Source of the DNA: Verrucomicrobiota bacterium
GTDB taxonomy: Bacteria; Verrucomicrobiota; Verrucomicrobiia; Limisphaerales; JAXMHQ01
Assembly (NCBI GenBank): GCA_046346665.1
Contig: JAXMHQ010000027.1
Location: 2,299-66,298 of the forward strand
Direction: 5' to 3'
Length of the DNA: 64,000 bases
Below, in pieces: positions 19,149-27,691 of the stretch. Both the position numbers and the translations under genes were made by a program. Positions within the stretch are counted from its first letter, which is position 1, and every line of letters begins with the position of its first letter. The notes beneath the pieces were generated by a model. It had not been told where the DNA came from. It made no database searches and was given only the letters and a program-made list of their open reading frames with translations.

Positions 19149-20284
19149 ATCGTCTCCGGAATGCTGCCGGCCGCGGGATAATCCCGGCCCTTCCACCGCG
19201 ACGGTTTGCCCAGACAAAACCGGGCCAGCGCCATCCATTGAATCGCCACCAGCATGCCGACTCCGACAGGATGCAGCAAGGCCCCCGCCGCCGGCTGGGA
19301 GAATCGCTTCAAACCCAACCAGCGGGGGAGCCAGGCAAGCGCTGCCGCCGCCCCGGCCACCACTCCGACCGGAACCTGCCCGCCGCTGCACAGCAGCAGC
19401 ACGAACGGCAGCACCTGACCACCCAATAAAAACAACGTCATCGGACCAATCGTCCCCGGCGCGCCCAAACCTTCCACCGCGTTCTTCCCCAGCCCGCGCC
19501 ACACCTCCCGGTCCGTCCCATACATCCGGCACACCGCCAGGTCCGTCGCATCCACCAGCTCCGTCCGAAAACCCGCGCGCCGAAAAATCCGAGGCAACAT
19601 CACCCCGTCATGCAAACTCCCACGAATCGCCGCATGCCCGCCCGCCCGAAAGTAAGCACCCCGCCGCACCGCAAACAACTGGCCGCAACCCGCCGACATC
19701 GACGGCCGCAGCGACGCCCGCATCGCCCGGATGGGCAGGAAACACAATAGAATGAAGTGAATCAGCGGGATCAACATTACCGCGCTGAAACAAGTCAGTT
19801 CCTGCCGCGGCACACCGCTCACCAGCCCCGCGCCCGATGTCTCCAGGAAAGCCGACAGGCGGCACAGCGAATCGGGCGCCAGCCGCACGTCGGCGTCCAG
19901 GAACACCAAAACTTCGTGCCGGGCCAGTCCCGCCAGCACCTGGCAGGCATGCGGCTTTCCACACCATCCGGCCGGCAGCAACGGCGCCGACTCCAATCGA
20001 ACGCGGCCATCCCGCATCCCAAACCCGCGCACGCACTCCGCCGTGCCGTCCGTGGAATGATCGTCCAGCACGATCACCTCGAATTCGCAACCGGTGTTCC
20101 GAAGCACCGCTTCCAAAGTCGCCGGAAGCTGGTGCGCCTCGTTTCGCGCGGGTATCAACACCGACACCCGCCCCGCACGCCGGGCTTTGGGCGCCGGACG
20201 GTATTGTCGCCAGTTCGACAGAAACAGTCCCGCAGGCACCGCCGCCAGCGCCAGCGAACTCCAGGCGAGAATTTCCAGGATCAT
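19145..20284 (-). CDS. Family 2 glycosyltransferase (CrtQ-like position in the operon)
   Basis: VSVLIPARNEA...VIVLDDHSTDGT is the GT2 signature. The gene has membrane-spanning ends and an ATGA overlap with the upstream gene. Confidence 0.8.
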   Translation of the reverse strand: MILEILAWSSLALAAVPAGLFLSNWRQYRPAPKARRAGRVSVLIPARNEAHQLPATLEAVLRNTGCEFEVIVLDDHSTDGTAECVRGFGMRDGRVRLESAPLLPAGWCGKPHACQVLAGLARHEVLVFLDADVRLAPDSLCRLSAFLETSGAGLVSGVPRQELTCFSAVMLIPLIHFILLCFLPIRAMRASLRPSMSAGCGQLFAVRRGAYFRAGGHAAIRGSLHDGVMLPRIFRRAGFRTELVDATDLAVCRMYGTDREVWRGLGKNAVEGLGAPGTIGPMTLFLLGGQVLPFVLLLCSGGQVPVGVVAGAAAALAWLPRWLGLKRFSQPAAGALLHPVGVGMLVAIQWMALARFCLGKPSRWKGRDYPAAGSIPETI

Positions 20285-21102
20285 AACACGCCGTGCTCCG
20301 GTCGAAACGTCTCGCCCCGCGCCGCAGCCCGCAACCGCCGCCAGGCATCGTAAACCCCGCCCTGGCCCGCACCGCCCCGCAACAACGACACAAACGCCCC
20401 GGGCTGCCGCGCGCGCGCCTCTTCCCCCAACGCGTCCTGCGCCGATTCCAGCGCCCCCTCAAACCGCCGGGTCCAGGACGCGGCCGACTGCCCCGCGCCC
20501 TCGCCCGGCCGCACCGTGACCGGTTCGCCAAACCGGATCAGCACCTCGGGCAGTCGTTCCTCCCAGTAAACATACTCGATCGCCAGCGGCGCAAAGACGG
20601 TCGCGCCGCCCCGCGCCGCCAGGTGCCCCAGCCCCGGCGCAAACCGCAACGGCCGCTCCCGCACATCCGCAAACCGGCCCTGGGGTGTTAATACCAACAG
20701 TCCGTTAGGTTGAGACAAAACCCCGTTCGCCATGCGCAGGAATTGCGCCGCCCCGCGCCGCGCGCCCTGTTCCACCCCGAAAAATCCCAGCCGCCTGAAA
20801 AACCGGTATTTCTCCAGCGCCGCCGCGTCGATCGGCGCAAAGGCCCGCCGCCCGGAATAGAGTTCGTCCTTCAACACCAGGCAGACCAGCGCGTCCCACC
20901 ACGACGCGTGATTGGCGAAAAGCACCAGCGGCAAACCGTCGGCGCGCGGGACCGGGACGGATTGCGACAGCCGGATGGAATGGAAATGGCGACGGAGGTA
21001 GCGCCGGCAATACCACGTGAACAACCCCAGCAGCGGCTTCGACACCGGCGGAAGTTCCCCGCCGGTTCCTCGCCGTTGAAATGGAACTGATGACGCTCTC
21101 AT
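20281..21102 (-). CDS. PlsC-family acyltransferase (CrtO-like position in the operon)
   Basis: HX4D motif FANHASWWD. The start is set at MRASSVPF (21102), 2 nt after the upstream stop. Confidence 0.7.
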   Translation of the reverse strand: MRASSVPFQRRGTGGELPPVSKPLLGLFTWYCRRYLRRHFHSIRLSQSVPVPRADGLPLVLFANHASWWDALVCLVLKDELYSGRRAFAPIDAAALEKYRFFRRLGFFGVEQGARRGAAQFLRMANGVLSQPNGLLVLTPQGRFADVRERPLRFAPGLGHLAARGGATVFAPLAIEYVYWEERLPEVLIRFGEPVTVRPGEGAGQSAASWTRRFEGALESAQDALGEEARARQPGAFVSLLRGGAGQGGVYDAWRRLRAAARGETFRPEHGVL

Positions 21103-21104
21103 AC

Positions 21105-22685
21105 TCAAGCGGCCACCGCTTCCCGGCTGGCCTCGTTGCGATTCTGCACTTCCCCGCCCGCCGCAACCGCATCGCGGTCGAGCGTGTCCGCCGCGATCCA
21201 ACCGCTCATCAACGCCATCGGCATCCCCGGCCCCGGATGCACCGATCCACCCGCGAAATAAAGCCCCCGCACATCCGGCGAACGGTTTCCCGGCTTGAAC
21301 GCGCCCAGGAACCGGCCGTGGCTCGCCAGCCCGTAAATCGCGCCCTTCCAAACTCCGTAACGCTGCTCAATATCCTCCGGCGTCAGCACAGCCTCGGAAA
21401 GAATCCGCGATTCAATATCCGTCAGCCCCGCCGTCTTGCGCAGTTTCTGCAAAATCACCTGGCGATACAGCGGCAGGATCCGGCTCCAGTTGTGCCGCGG
21501 CCGCAAATAGGGCGTGTGCACCAGCACATACAACGCCTCCGCACCCTCGGGCGCGGCAGTCGAATCCGACCGGCTCGGCGCCGCCACATAACACGTCGGG
21601 TCCGGCGCCGGCTCGCCCCGCCGGTAAATCGCGTCGAATTCCTCCCCGGGATCCCGGCTGAACACGAAATTATGATGCGCCAGGTGCTCGTAACGCCGCT
21701 TCAATCCCAGGTACAACACCACCCCGGAACAGGCCGCCTCCAGGTGCTTCCGACCCAGAAACGCCCGCGACTTATCGTCCGGCATCATCTCCGAATGCGT
21801 CCGCACCACGTCCGAATTCGCCACCACCGCGTCGAACATCAGCGTCTCCCCCTGCTGCGTCAGGACCCCGCAGGCCCGGTCCCCCGCACAAATCACTTTC
21901 TTCACCGGCGTCTTCAGCCGGATCTCCACACCGAGATCCAGCGCCAGCCGGCTCAACGCCCGCGGCACGGACACAATCCCGCCTTCCGGGTACCAAACCC
22001 CCTCGCCCACCTGCATGTCCGCAATCCCGCACAGCACCGCCGGCGCCCACTCCGGGTTCGACCCCACATACTGCGTGAAATGATCCATCATCTGCGCCAC
22101 CCGCCGGTCCGGGTGATACGACCGCACCAGCCCCGCCACCGTCCGGCCCATCTTCATCGCCGCCACGTCCCGAACCATCCCCGACCCCCGCAACGACGGC
22201 CACTCCACCATGTCCGACAATCCCCCGATCGGCTTGTAAAAGAAATGGCGTTGGCTGATGTCGTTCAGCCGACGGCTGGTCTGCAAAAACGCCCGGTAAC
22301 CGGCCCCGCCCCCGGGCGTGAACGCGTCCAGCGATCGCGCCATCTCGTCGGCATCCTCCACCAAATCCAGTTTCGAACCGTCCTCGAAAAAACAGCGCCA
22401 CTGCGGATCCAATCGGATTAGTTTCAGATAGGCGTCCATCGGCCGGTTCGCCTCCTGGAACACCCGCCGCAACACCGACGGCAGCGTCAGAATCGTCGGA
22501 CCCATGTCGAACCGGAAATCCCCGTCCTGCCGCACCGCGGCCTTGCCGCCCGGCCACGCGTTCGACTCCAGCAGGGTGACCGCATATCCCCGCGCCGCCA
22601 GAGTGCATGCCGCCGCCAGCCCGCCCAGCCCGCCCCCCACAATTCCAACGCGCCCGCGACCGTGACCGTGACCGTTCGTATTCAT
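21105..22685 (-). CDS. Phytoene desaturase-family oxidoreductase (CrtI/CrtN/CrtP-like)
   Basis: FAD dinucleotide fold VGIVGGGLGGLAAA; GPTILTLPSVL; C-terminal GGSVHPGPGMPMA. Confidence 0.85.
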   Translation of the reverse strand: MNTNGHGHGRGRVGIVGGGLGGLAAACTLAARGYAVTLLESNAWPGGKAAVRQDGDFRFDMGPTILTLPSVLRRVFQEANRPMDAYLKLIRLDPQWRCFFEDGSKLDLVEDADEMARSLDAFTPGGGAGYRAFLQTSRRLNDISQRHFFYKPIGGLSDMVEWPSLRGSGMVRDVAAMKMGRTVAGLVRSYHPDRRVAQMMDHFTQYVGSNPEWAPAVLCGIADMQVGEGVWYPEGGIVSVPRALSRLALDLGVEIRLKTPVKKVICAGDRACGVLTQQGETLMFDAVVANSDVVRTHSEMMPDDKSRAFLGRKHLEAACSGVVLYLGLKRRYEHLAHHNFVFSRDPGEEFDAIYRRGEPAPDPTCYVAAPSRSDSTAAPEGAEALYVLVHTPYLRPRHNWSRILPLYRQVILQKLRKTAGLTDIESRILSEAVLTPEDIEQRYGVWKGAIYGLASHGRFLGAFKPGNRSPDVRGLYFAGGSVHPGPGMPMALMSGWIAADTLDRDAVAAGGEVQNRNEASREAVAA

Positions 22686-22686
22686 A

Positions 22687-24177
22687 TCAGTCCTTTCCTG
22701 TTGCTTTCTTCCAAATCACCCGAGCCAGCCGCGCCGCCGCGCCCAGCCGCAGCCGCCAGCCCGTCCCGTGCGCCAGTTGCAGCCCGCTCAACACCGCCTC
22801 CCCCGCCACCGCGTCCGCAGGGGAATACGCCGGACGAAACCCGCCCCGCGTCACCGTCACCACCCGCGGCGCCGTGACTTCCAAAAGACCCTCCGCCCCA
22901 CGCGTCGACCCAAACCCGCTCCAGCCCCGGCCCGCAAACGGCAGCCGCGGATCCGCCGTCGGCACAATCACGTCGTTCACCGTCACCACCCCGCACCGGA
23001 GCAAACCCGCCAGCTTCGACGCCGCCCCCAAATCCCGCGTGAACAAACTGGCCCCCAGGCCGTAACCCGACCCGTTCGCCAGCGCCAGCGCCTCCGCATC
23101 GTCCCGGACCGGAACCACCACCGCCACCGGAGCGAAAAATTCCGGCTCGAACAACCGCGCGGATCGGGACACCGATCCCATCACAACCGGCACACAGCCG
23201 GCGCGCCCAGCCACCCTCCGCGCCCCGTCCTGCATCGCCTCGTCCACACACACCTCCACCCCGCGCGGCGCCGGCTGAAAATCCGCCTCCGGCCGGTCCG
23301 CAAACAGCCCCGCCACCCGCGTTTCCAGTTCCGCCGCGCGCGAGGAGTGGACCAGCACCCGCTTCGGACACAAACATGTCGCGCCGCCGTTGAACGTCAG
23401 CCCAAACACCAGCGCCCGCGCCGCCAGGTCCACGTCCGCATCCTCGCGCACCCACAACACATCGCAGCCACTCAGCTCCATCACGGACGGAATCCCGGCC
23501 GGCGCCAGCCGCTCGAGCACCTGCAGCCCCGCGGCGCGCGACCCGGTGAAAAAAACCTTGTCCGGCCCCGATTCGATCGCCCGGTGCGCCGCGGCCGGTT
23601 CCTCGGACAACACGCGCGACAGCGCCGCGGGAAACCCGGCCTCGGTCAGCAATGTTGAAAACAGTTGAGCGACAGGAACGCCGCGGTTGCCGGGCTTCAC
23701 CAGCACCGCGTTTCCGGCGGCGAGCGCCTGGATCCATTGCACGCCGGGCAACAGGAGCGGATAATTCGACGGACCGATGATCAGCGCCACGCCGAGCGGC
23801 GCGCGCTGAATTTCGCTGCGAACCCCCGGCAGCCAGAACGGGCGGCCACGGACGCCGCAACGCCGCGGACGCAACACCGCCGAAGCGCGGCGTTCCAGAA
23901 ATCGGCACGCCTCCGCCAGAGGCAGCACCTCCGCCGCCACCATTTCCGCCGCGGGACGCCGGCGCGGCGCCGCCGAAGCCGCGGCCAGATCGGTTGCGCG
24001 GACCGCCAGAAGTTTCCTCAGCCGCCGCACACAACCCAGCCGCTCCGACAGCGGCACCTCGGCCCAGGTCCGTTGTACCGCCCGCATCTCATCCAGCTTG
24101 ATCACCACGGACCACGCCGCCGGACTGGGTTGATCCGGAAAATCGACGGGAATTCGGATGAGACCGGACGCGATCAT
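22687..24177 (-). CDS. Aldehyde dehydrogenase-family protein
   Basis: The ALDH catalytic region has MELSGCD (Glu) and FNGGATCLCPKRV (Cys). 496 aa. Confidence 0.8.
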   Translation of the reverse strand: MIASGLIRIPVDFPDQPSPAAWSVVIKLDEMRAVQRTWAEVPLSERLGCVRRLRKLLAVRATDLAAASAAPRRRPAAEMVAAEVLPLAEACRFLERRASAVLRPRRCGVRGRPFWLPGVRSEIQRAPLGVALIIGPSNYPLLLPGVQWIQALAAGNAVLVKPGNRGVPVAQLFSTLLTEAGFPAALSRVLSEEPAAAHRAIESGPDKVFFTGSRAAGLQVLERLAPAGIPSVMELSGCDVLWVREDADVDLAARALVFGLTFNGGATCLCPKRVLVHSSRAAELETRVAGLFADRPEADFQPAPRGVEVCVDEAMQDGARRVAGRAGCVPVVMGSVSRSARLFEPEFFAPVAVVVPVRDDAEALALANGSGYGLGASLFTRDLGAASKLAGLLRCGVVTVNDVIVPTADPRLPFAGRGWSGFGSTRGAEGLLEVTAPRVVTVTRGGFRPAYSPADAVAGEAVLSGLQLAHGTGWRLRLGAAARLARVIWKKATGKD

Positions 24178-25733
24178 GCAACCCTCGAATCACTTCGCCG
24201 TTCAAGGCGGGCATTGCCCAGGTCGCCAGCCGCACATTCCGCCCCCGAATCAGAGCCAGCACCAAGGTCCTCGAGCAACAACCGCGAACTGATGCGCGCA
24301 CTCTCGAAAATCACCGGCAAGCCGCTGCCCGGATGCGTCCCGCCCCCCACCAGATACATTCCGTCAAGGTCCTCAAACCGGTTGTGCGGCCGCAGGTGCA
24401 ACATCTGGTCCAGCGTGTGCGCCAGATTGAACGTCGCCCCCCGATAAATCTCATACCGCGAATCCCAGTCGGCCGGCGTGATCACCCGCTCATACACAAT
24501 CCTCTCCGACAACCCGCCGTAACCCGCCTGCGAGAGCGCGGAGAGCAGGCGCTCCCGGAACGGACCGCGCTCGCGCGACCAGTCGACGTTCGGATGCTGA
24601 TGCGTCACCGGCGCCAGCACATACAGCGCGCTGTGCCCGCGCGGCGCCAGCGACGGATCCGTCACGCAGGCGTTCTGAACGTAAAAACTCGGGTCTTCGC
24701 TGAGCACGTGGCGATTCTCGATTTCATCCAGGTTCTTCGCGTAATCCCGCGCGATGTGAATCGTGTGATGCGGCAGATCAAAGGTTCCCTTCACGCCCAG
24801 GTACATCATGAACGTGCTGCAGGAATATTTCTTCGACGCCAGCTTCCGGTTGGTCCAGCGCCGGCGCAGCGAATCCGGCACCAGCCGCTCCATCGCCCGC
24901 GCAAAATCCGCGTTCACCACCACCGCGTCCGCCCGCAACACCCCCGCCCGCGTCCGCACCCCCACCGCCCGCCGGCCCGCAAACAGGATCTCCTCCACCG
25001 GTTCGTCCAGCCGGATCTCCACCCCCATCCGCGCCGCCACGCGCGCCATCGCCTCCGTCACCGACGCGCACCCGCCCATCGGGTGCCATACCCCATGCTC
25101 GTATTCCAGAAAGCTCAGAATGCTGAACAGGCTCGGACACCGGAACGGCGACATGCCGAGATATTTCGACTGAAAGCAAAACGCCAGGCGCACCCGCTCA
25201 TCCTTGAAAAATCGCTTCAGATAATCGTCGATCGACCTGTGCGGCCTCAACTCCGGCAGCAGCCGCAATAGCCGCGCGCTCAACAAATCCTTCCAGCCCT
25301 CGAACGGCTGATGCAAACACGGCTCCATCCGCTCCAGCTTGGTCCGGTTCTCCCGCAAAAACCGGCCAAACCCCGGCACGTCCCCCGGCGACAACGCCGC
25401 AATCTGCCGCTCCATCGACGCCAGGTCCGGCGTGCAGTCCAGCCGCCCGCCCGCCCCAAATTGAATCCGATATTGCGGATCCAACCGCACCATCGGCACC
25501 TCGGCCTGCAACGACGTTCCCGCCGCCTGAAAGATCTCGTCCAAAACCCGCGGGTACAGAAAAAACGTCGGCCCCAAATCAAATCGAAAGCCGTCGGCCT
25601 CAATCCGCGAAGTACGGCCACCCAACACCGGCAGCCGCTCCACCACCGTCACCCGCACCCCGGCAGCAGCAAGTAAAATGGACGCCGCCAACCCGCCTGG
25701 CCCCGCTCCCACAATCACAACATGCTTTGACAT
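24174..25733 (-). CDS. Phytoene desaturase-family oxidoreductase (CrtI/CrtN-like); first gene of the operon
   Basis: MSKHVVIVGAGPGGLAAS FAD fold; C-terminal GGGTHPGSGLPVI. ATGA overlap with the downstream ALDH gene. Confidence 0.85.
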   Translation of the reverse strand: MSKHVVIVGAGPGGLAASILLAAAGVRVTVVERLPVLGGRTSRIEADGFRFDLGPTFFLYPRVLDEIFQAAGTSLQAEVPMVRLDPQYRIQFGAGGRLDCTPDLASMERQIAALSPGDVPGFGRFLRENRTKLERMEPCLHQPFEGWKDLLSARLLRLLPELRPHRSIDDYLKRFFKDERVRLAFCFQSKYLGMSPFRCPSLFSILSFLEYEHGVWHPMGGCASVTEAMARVAARMGVEIRLDEPVEEILFAGRRAVGVRTRAGVLRADAVVVNADFARAMERLVPDSLRRRWTNRKLASKKYSCSTFMMYLGVKGTFDLPHHTIHIARDYAKNLDEIENRHVLSEDPSFYVQNACVTDPSLAPRGHSALYVLAPVTHQHPNVDWSRERGPFRERLLSALSQAGYGGLSERIVYERVITPADWDSRYEIYRGATFNLAHTLDQMLHLRPHNRFEDLDGMYLVGGGTHPGSGLPVIFESARISSRLLLEDLGAGSDSGAECAAGDLGNARLERRSDSRVA

Positions 25734-25882
25734 GTCTAAATTATGTCTAACAACAACGCGTTTGTCAATTGTTTGTCTAATTTATATCGAAAAACTCACA
25801 ATTCATTGTAGAGTAAAATATTACATTAATATTTTACACCGATTTGCGAAAAACTTCTTGATTATGTCTATGTTTTGTTTAA
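25733..25882. promoter_or_regulatory. Three pairs of 11-bp-spaced direct repeats (TGTCTAA-like); candidate CarH/LitR-type operators
   Basis: TGTCTA occurs at 25733 and 25744; TGTCAA at 25763 and TGTCTA at 25774; TGTCTA at 25865 and TGTTTA at 25876. The first unit, aTGTctAaaTt, fits nTGTnnAnnTn, which is the reverse of the reported CarH repeat nAnnTnnACAn. Confidence 0.5.
25740..25768 (-). promoter_or_regulatory. Candidate sigma-70 promoter of the carotenoid-type operon, predicted to give a leaderless mRNA
   Basis: On the minus strand the sequence is TTGACA (25768-25763), N17, then CATAAT (25745-25740). Only 6 nt separate the -10 element from the A of the start codon at 25733. Confidence 0.5.
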
Positions 25883-25911
25883 TTTCCTCATCAGTGAATG
25901 CACATCATTCG

Positions 25912-26823
25912 ATGAAGGTGGCGGCTCAGCGGACCGGGTTGTCGCCTCACGTGATCCGGGTCTGGGAACGGCGTTATCGCGCGGTGTCCCCTGCGCGGAC
26001 CGGGTCGCGGCGGCGGTTGTATTCGGATGAGGAATTGGAGCGACTTTTATTGCTGCGTCAGGCGACGGAGCGCGGGCACAGCATCGGCGACATTGCGGCG
26101 CTGCCGTCGGAGCGCTTGCGGGCGCTCGCGGGCGAAACCGGGTCCGCCGCGGTTCGAATTCCCGGCGCGCCTCTCGACGAGGGACGCATGTTGGACGAGG
26201 CGGTGGCCGCGGTTCAAAAGATGGATGCCGCGGCGCTGAATGCCGTGTTGCAGCGCGGCTCCGTCCGGCTGGGAACCCAGGGCCTGCTGCTGCGTGTCAT
26301 CGGCCGCATGGTTCACGACATCGGTGAACGCTGGCGCCGCGGTGAGATGACCGCCGCCCACGAACATTTCGCCAGCGCGGTCATTCGCACGTTCCTTTCC
26401 CAGTCGTTGCGCGGATTTTCCGATTCCGTCTCGGCCCCGGTCCTGATTGTTTCGACGCCCCCCGGACAACTGCACGAGTTGGGCGCATTGCTGGCCGGGG
26501 CGGTCGCGTCCGGCCTCGGCTGGCAGGTGGCCTATCTCGGCCCCAGCCTGCCCGCCGCTGAGATCGCAGGCGCCGCCGTCCAAAAACACGCCCGCGGCGT
26601 CGCCCTCAGCCTCGTCTATCCCGAGGACGATCATCGCTTGCCCGCCGAACTGGAGCGGCTCCGCGAACTGCTCCCGGCCGAGATTCCCATCGTCGCCGGC
26701 GGCCGCGCCGGCCGCGCCTACGCACGCACCCTGGCCGCCATCGGAGCCGAACGCGTCGAGGATCTCGACCAATTGGAGCGCGTTCTCGAATCGTGGCGCC
26801 GCCCCCAACCGCAGCCCGCCTGA
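25912..26823 (+). CDS. carH: MerR-family, B12-binding light-responsive regulator (CarH/LitR type)
   Basis: N-terminal MerR helix-turn-helix (MKVAAQRTGLSPHVIRVWERRY). Wx9EH motif (WRRGEMTAAHEH). B12-binding loop LHELGALL. The start is chosen at the ATG at 25912. Confidence 0.8.
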   Translation: MKVAAQRTGLSPHVIRVWERRYRAVSPARTGSRRRLYSDEELERLLLLRQATERGHSIGDIAALPSERLRALAGETGSAAVRIPGAPLDEGRMLDEAVAAVQKMDAAALNAVLQRGSVRLGTQGLLLRVIGRMVHDIGERWRRGEMTAAHEHFASAVIRTFLSQSLRGFSDSVSAPVLIVSTPPGQLHELGALLAGAVASGLGWQVAYLGPSLPAAEIAGAAVQKHARGVALSLVYPEDDHRLPAELERLRELLPAEIPIVAGGRAGRAYARTLAAIGAERVEDLDQLERVLESWRRPQPQPA

Positions 26824-27032
26824 TGAAATCGTTCTTCAAACCCAACCTCGCCCCCGCCGGCCGCCGCGCCCGCGCCACAACCGCCGTCCTTCTCCTCCTG
26901 GCCGCAGCCGGCATGGCCTTCGTCTTCATCCCCGCCGCCATCGCCCTCGCGATCTCCGCCTGCTTCGTCGCCTTCGAAGCCGCCCGCGGCTGGTGCGTCC
27001 TTCGCGCCTGCGGCATCAAGACGCGCTTGTGA
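26823..27032 (+). CDS. DUF2892 (YgaP-like) small membrane protein
   Basis: MKSFFKPNL...GWCVLRACGIKTRL. The ATG overlaps the carH stop (TGATG). Confidence 0.7.
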   Translation: MKSFFKPNLAPAGRRARATTAVLLLLAAAGMAFVFIPAAIALAISACFVAFEAARGWCVLRACGIKTRL

Positions 27033-27222
27033 GGGCCCTCGTTGCTGCCGCACAGTGGCGCGGGCTGCCTGTCCATTACTGAGCACACAGGTGGCTGCTG
27101 AGCCGGTTCGACTCCCGGGCCGCTCCGGATTGCCTCCGGTTCACCGAATCCCTCCCTCGACAGAGTCGCGCTGGACGGGGCGCCTATCGCCGCCGGATGG
27201 CATTACGCCTCACGCCAAAAAA

Positions 27223-27263
27223 GATTACAATCTGCTTGACCCGAATTGACCACAAGTGTAATC
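27223..27263. promoter_or_regulatory. Candidate BlaI-type operator: inverted GATTACA ... TGTAATC half-sites flanking two TTGACC boxes
   Basis: GATTACA (27223-27229) and TGTAATC (27257-27263) lie 27 bp apart, 27 nt upstream of the blaI ATG. TACA/TGTA cores are typical of BlaI/MecI/CopY boxes, but this spacing is atypical. Confidence 0.3.
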
Positions 27264-27289
27264 GTTGGCGCCAGTGAAAGAGGTTGAAC

Positions 27290-27691
27290 ATGCCTGGCAC
27301 GCCAAGGATCACTGAAACCGAGTGGGAAATCATGCGGGTGGTGTGGCAAACACATCCTATCGCCGCGTCGGCGATCGTCGATCGGCTTGCGGCGCAGGAT
27401 CCGACCTGGCATCCGAAAACGGTTCGCACCCTCCTCAACCGTTTGCTCCGCAAGAAGGCGCTGCGTCACCAGGTCCGCGGCCGCGCCTATCTTTATGAAC
27501 CTTGCGTCAGCGAAGCCGAATGCGCCGCGGCGGCCAGCGAATCGTTTCTCGACCGGGTCTTTGGCGGATCCATGAAACCGATGCTCGCGTATTTCGTCGA
27601 AGCCCGCCGCCTCACGAGGGAGGACCTGAAGGAACTTCGGAATCTGTTGGATGCTCCAAATCCCAAGCCCAGGAGAAAGACATGCAAATGA
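27290..27691 (+). CDS. blaI: BlaI/MecI/CopY-family transcriptional repressor
   Basis: ITETEWEIMRVVW...TVRTLLNRLLRKKAL is the penicillinase-repressor winged helix. The SD sequence AAAGAGG lies 6 nt upstream of the ATG at 27290. Confidence 0.85.
   Translation: MPGTPRITETEWEIMRVVWQTHPIAASAIVDRLAAQDPTWHPKTVRTLLNRLLRKKALRHQVRGRAYLYEPCVSEAECAAAASESFLDRVFGGSMKPMLAYFVEARRLTREDLKELRNLLDAPNPKPRRKTCK

Noticed and set aside
25806-25832. Possible carH promoter TTGTAG-N15-TAATAT.
   Set aside because: The spacer is too short and both hexamers are weak. It is left uncalled and needs transcription-start mapping.
27090-27130. tRNA-like T-arm (GGTTCGACTCC) downstream of the DUF2892 gene, which could have marked a tRNA-targeted insertion site.
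   Set aside because: The flanking bases do not form a T-stem (C:C and G:G mismatches). No acceptor, D or anticodon arms can be drawn. It is treated as coincidence or an unrecognisable relic.
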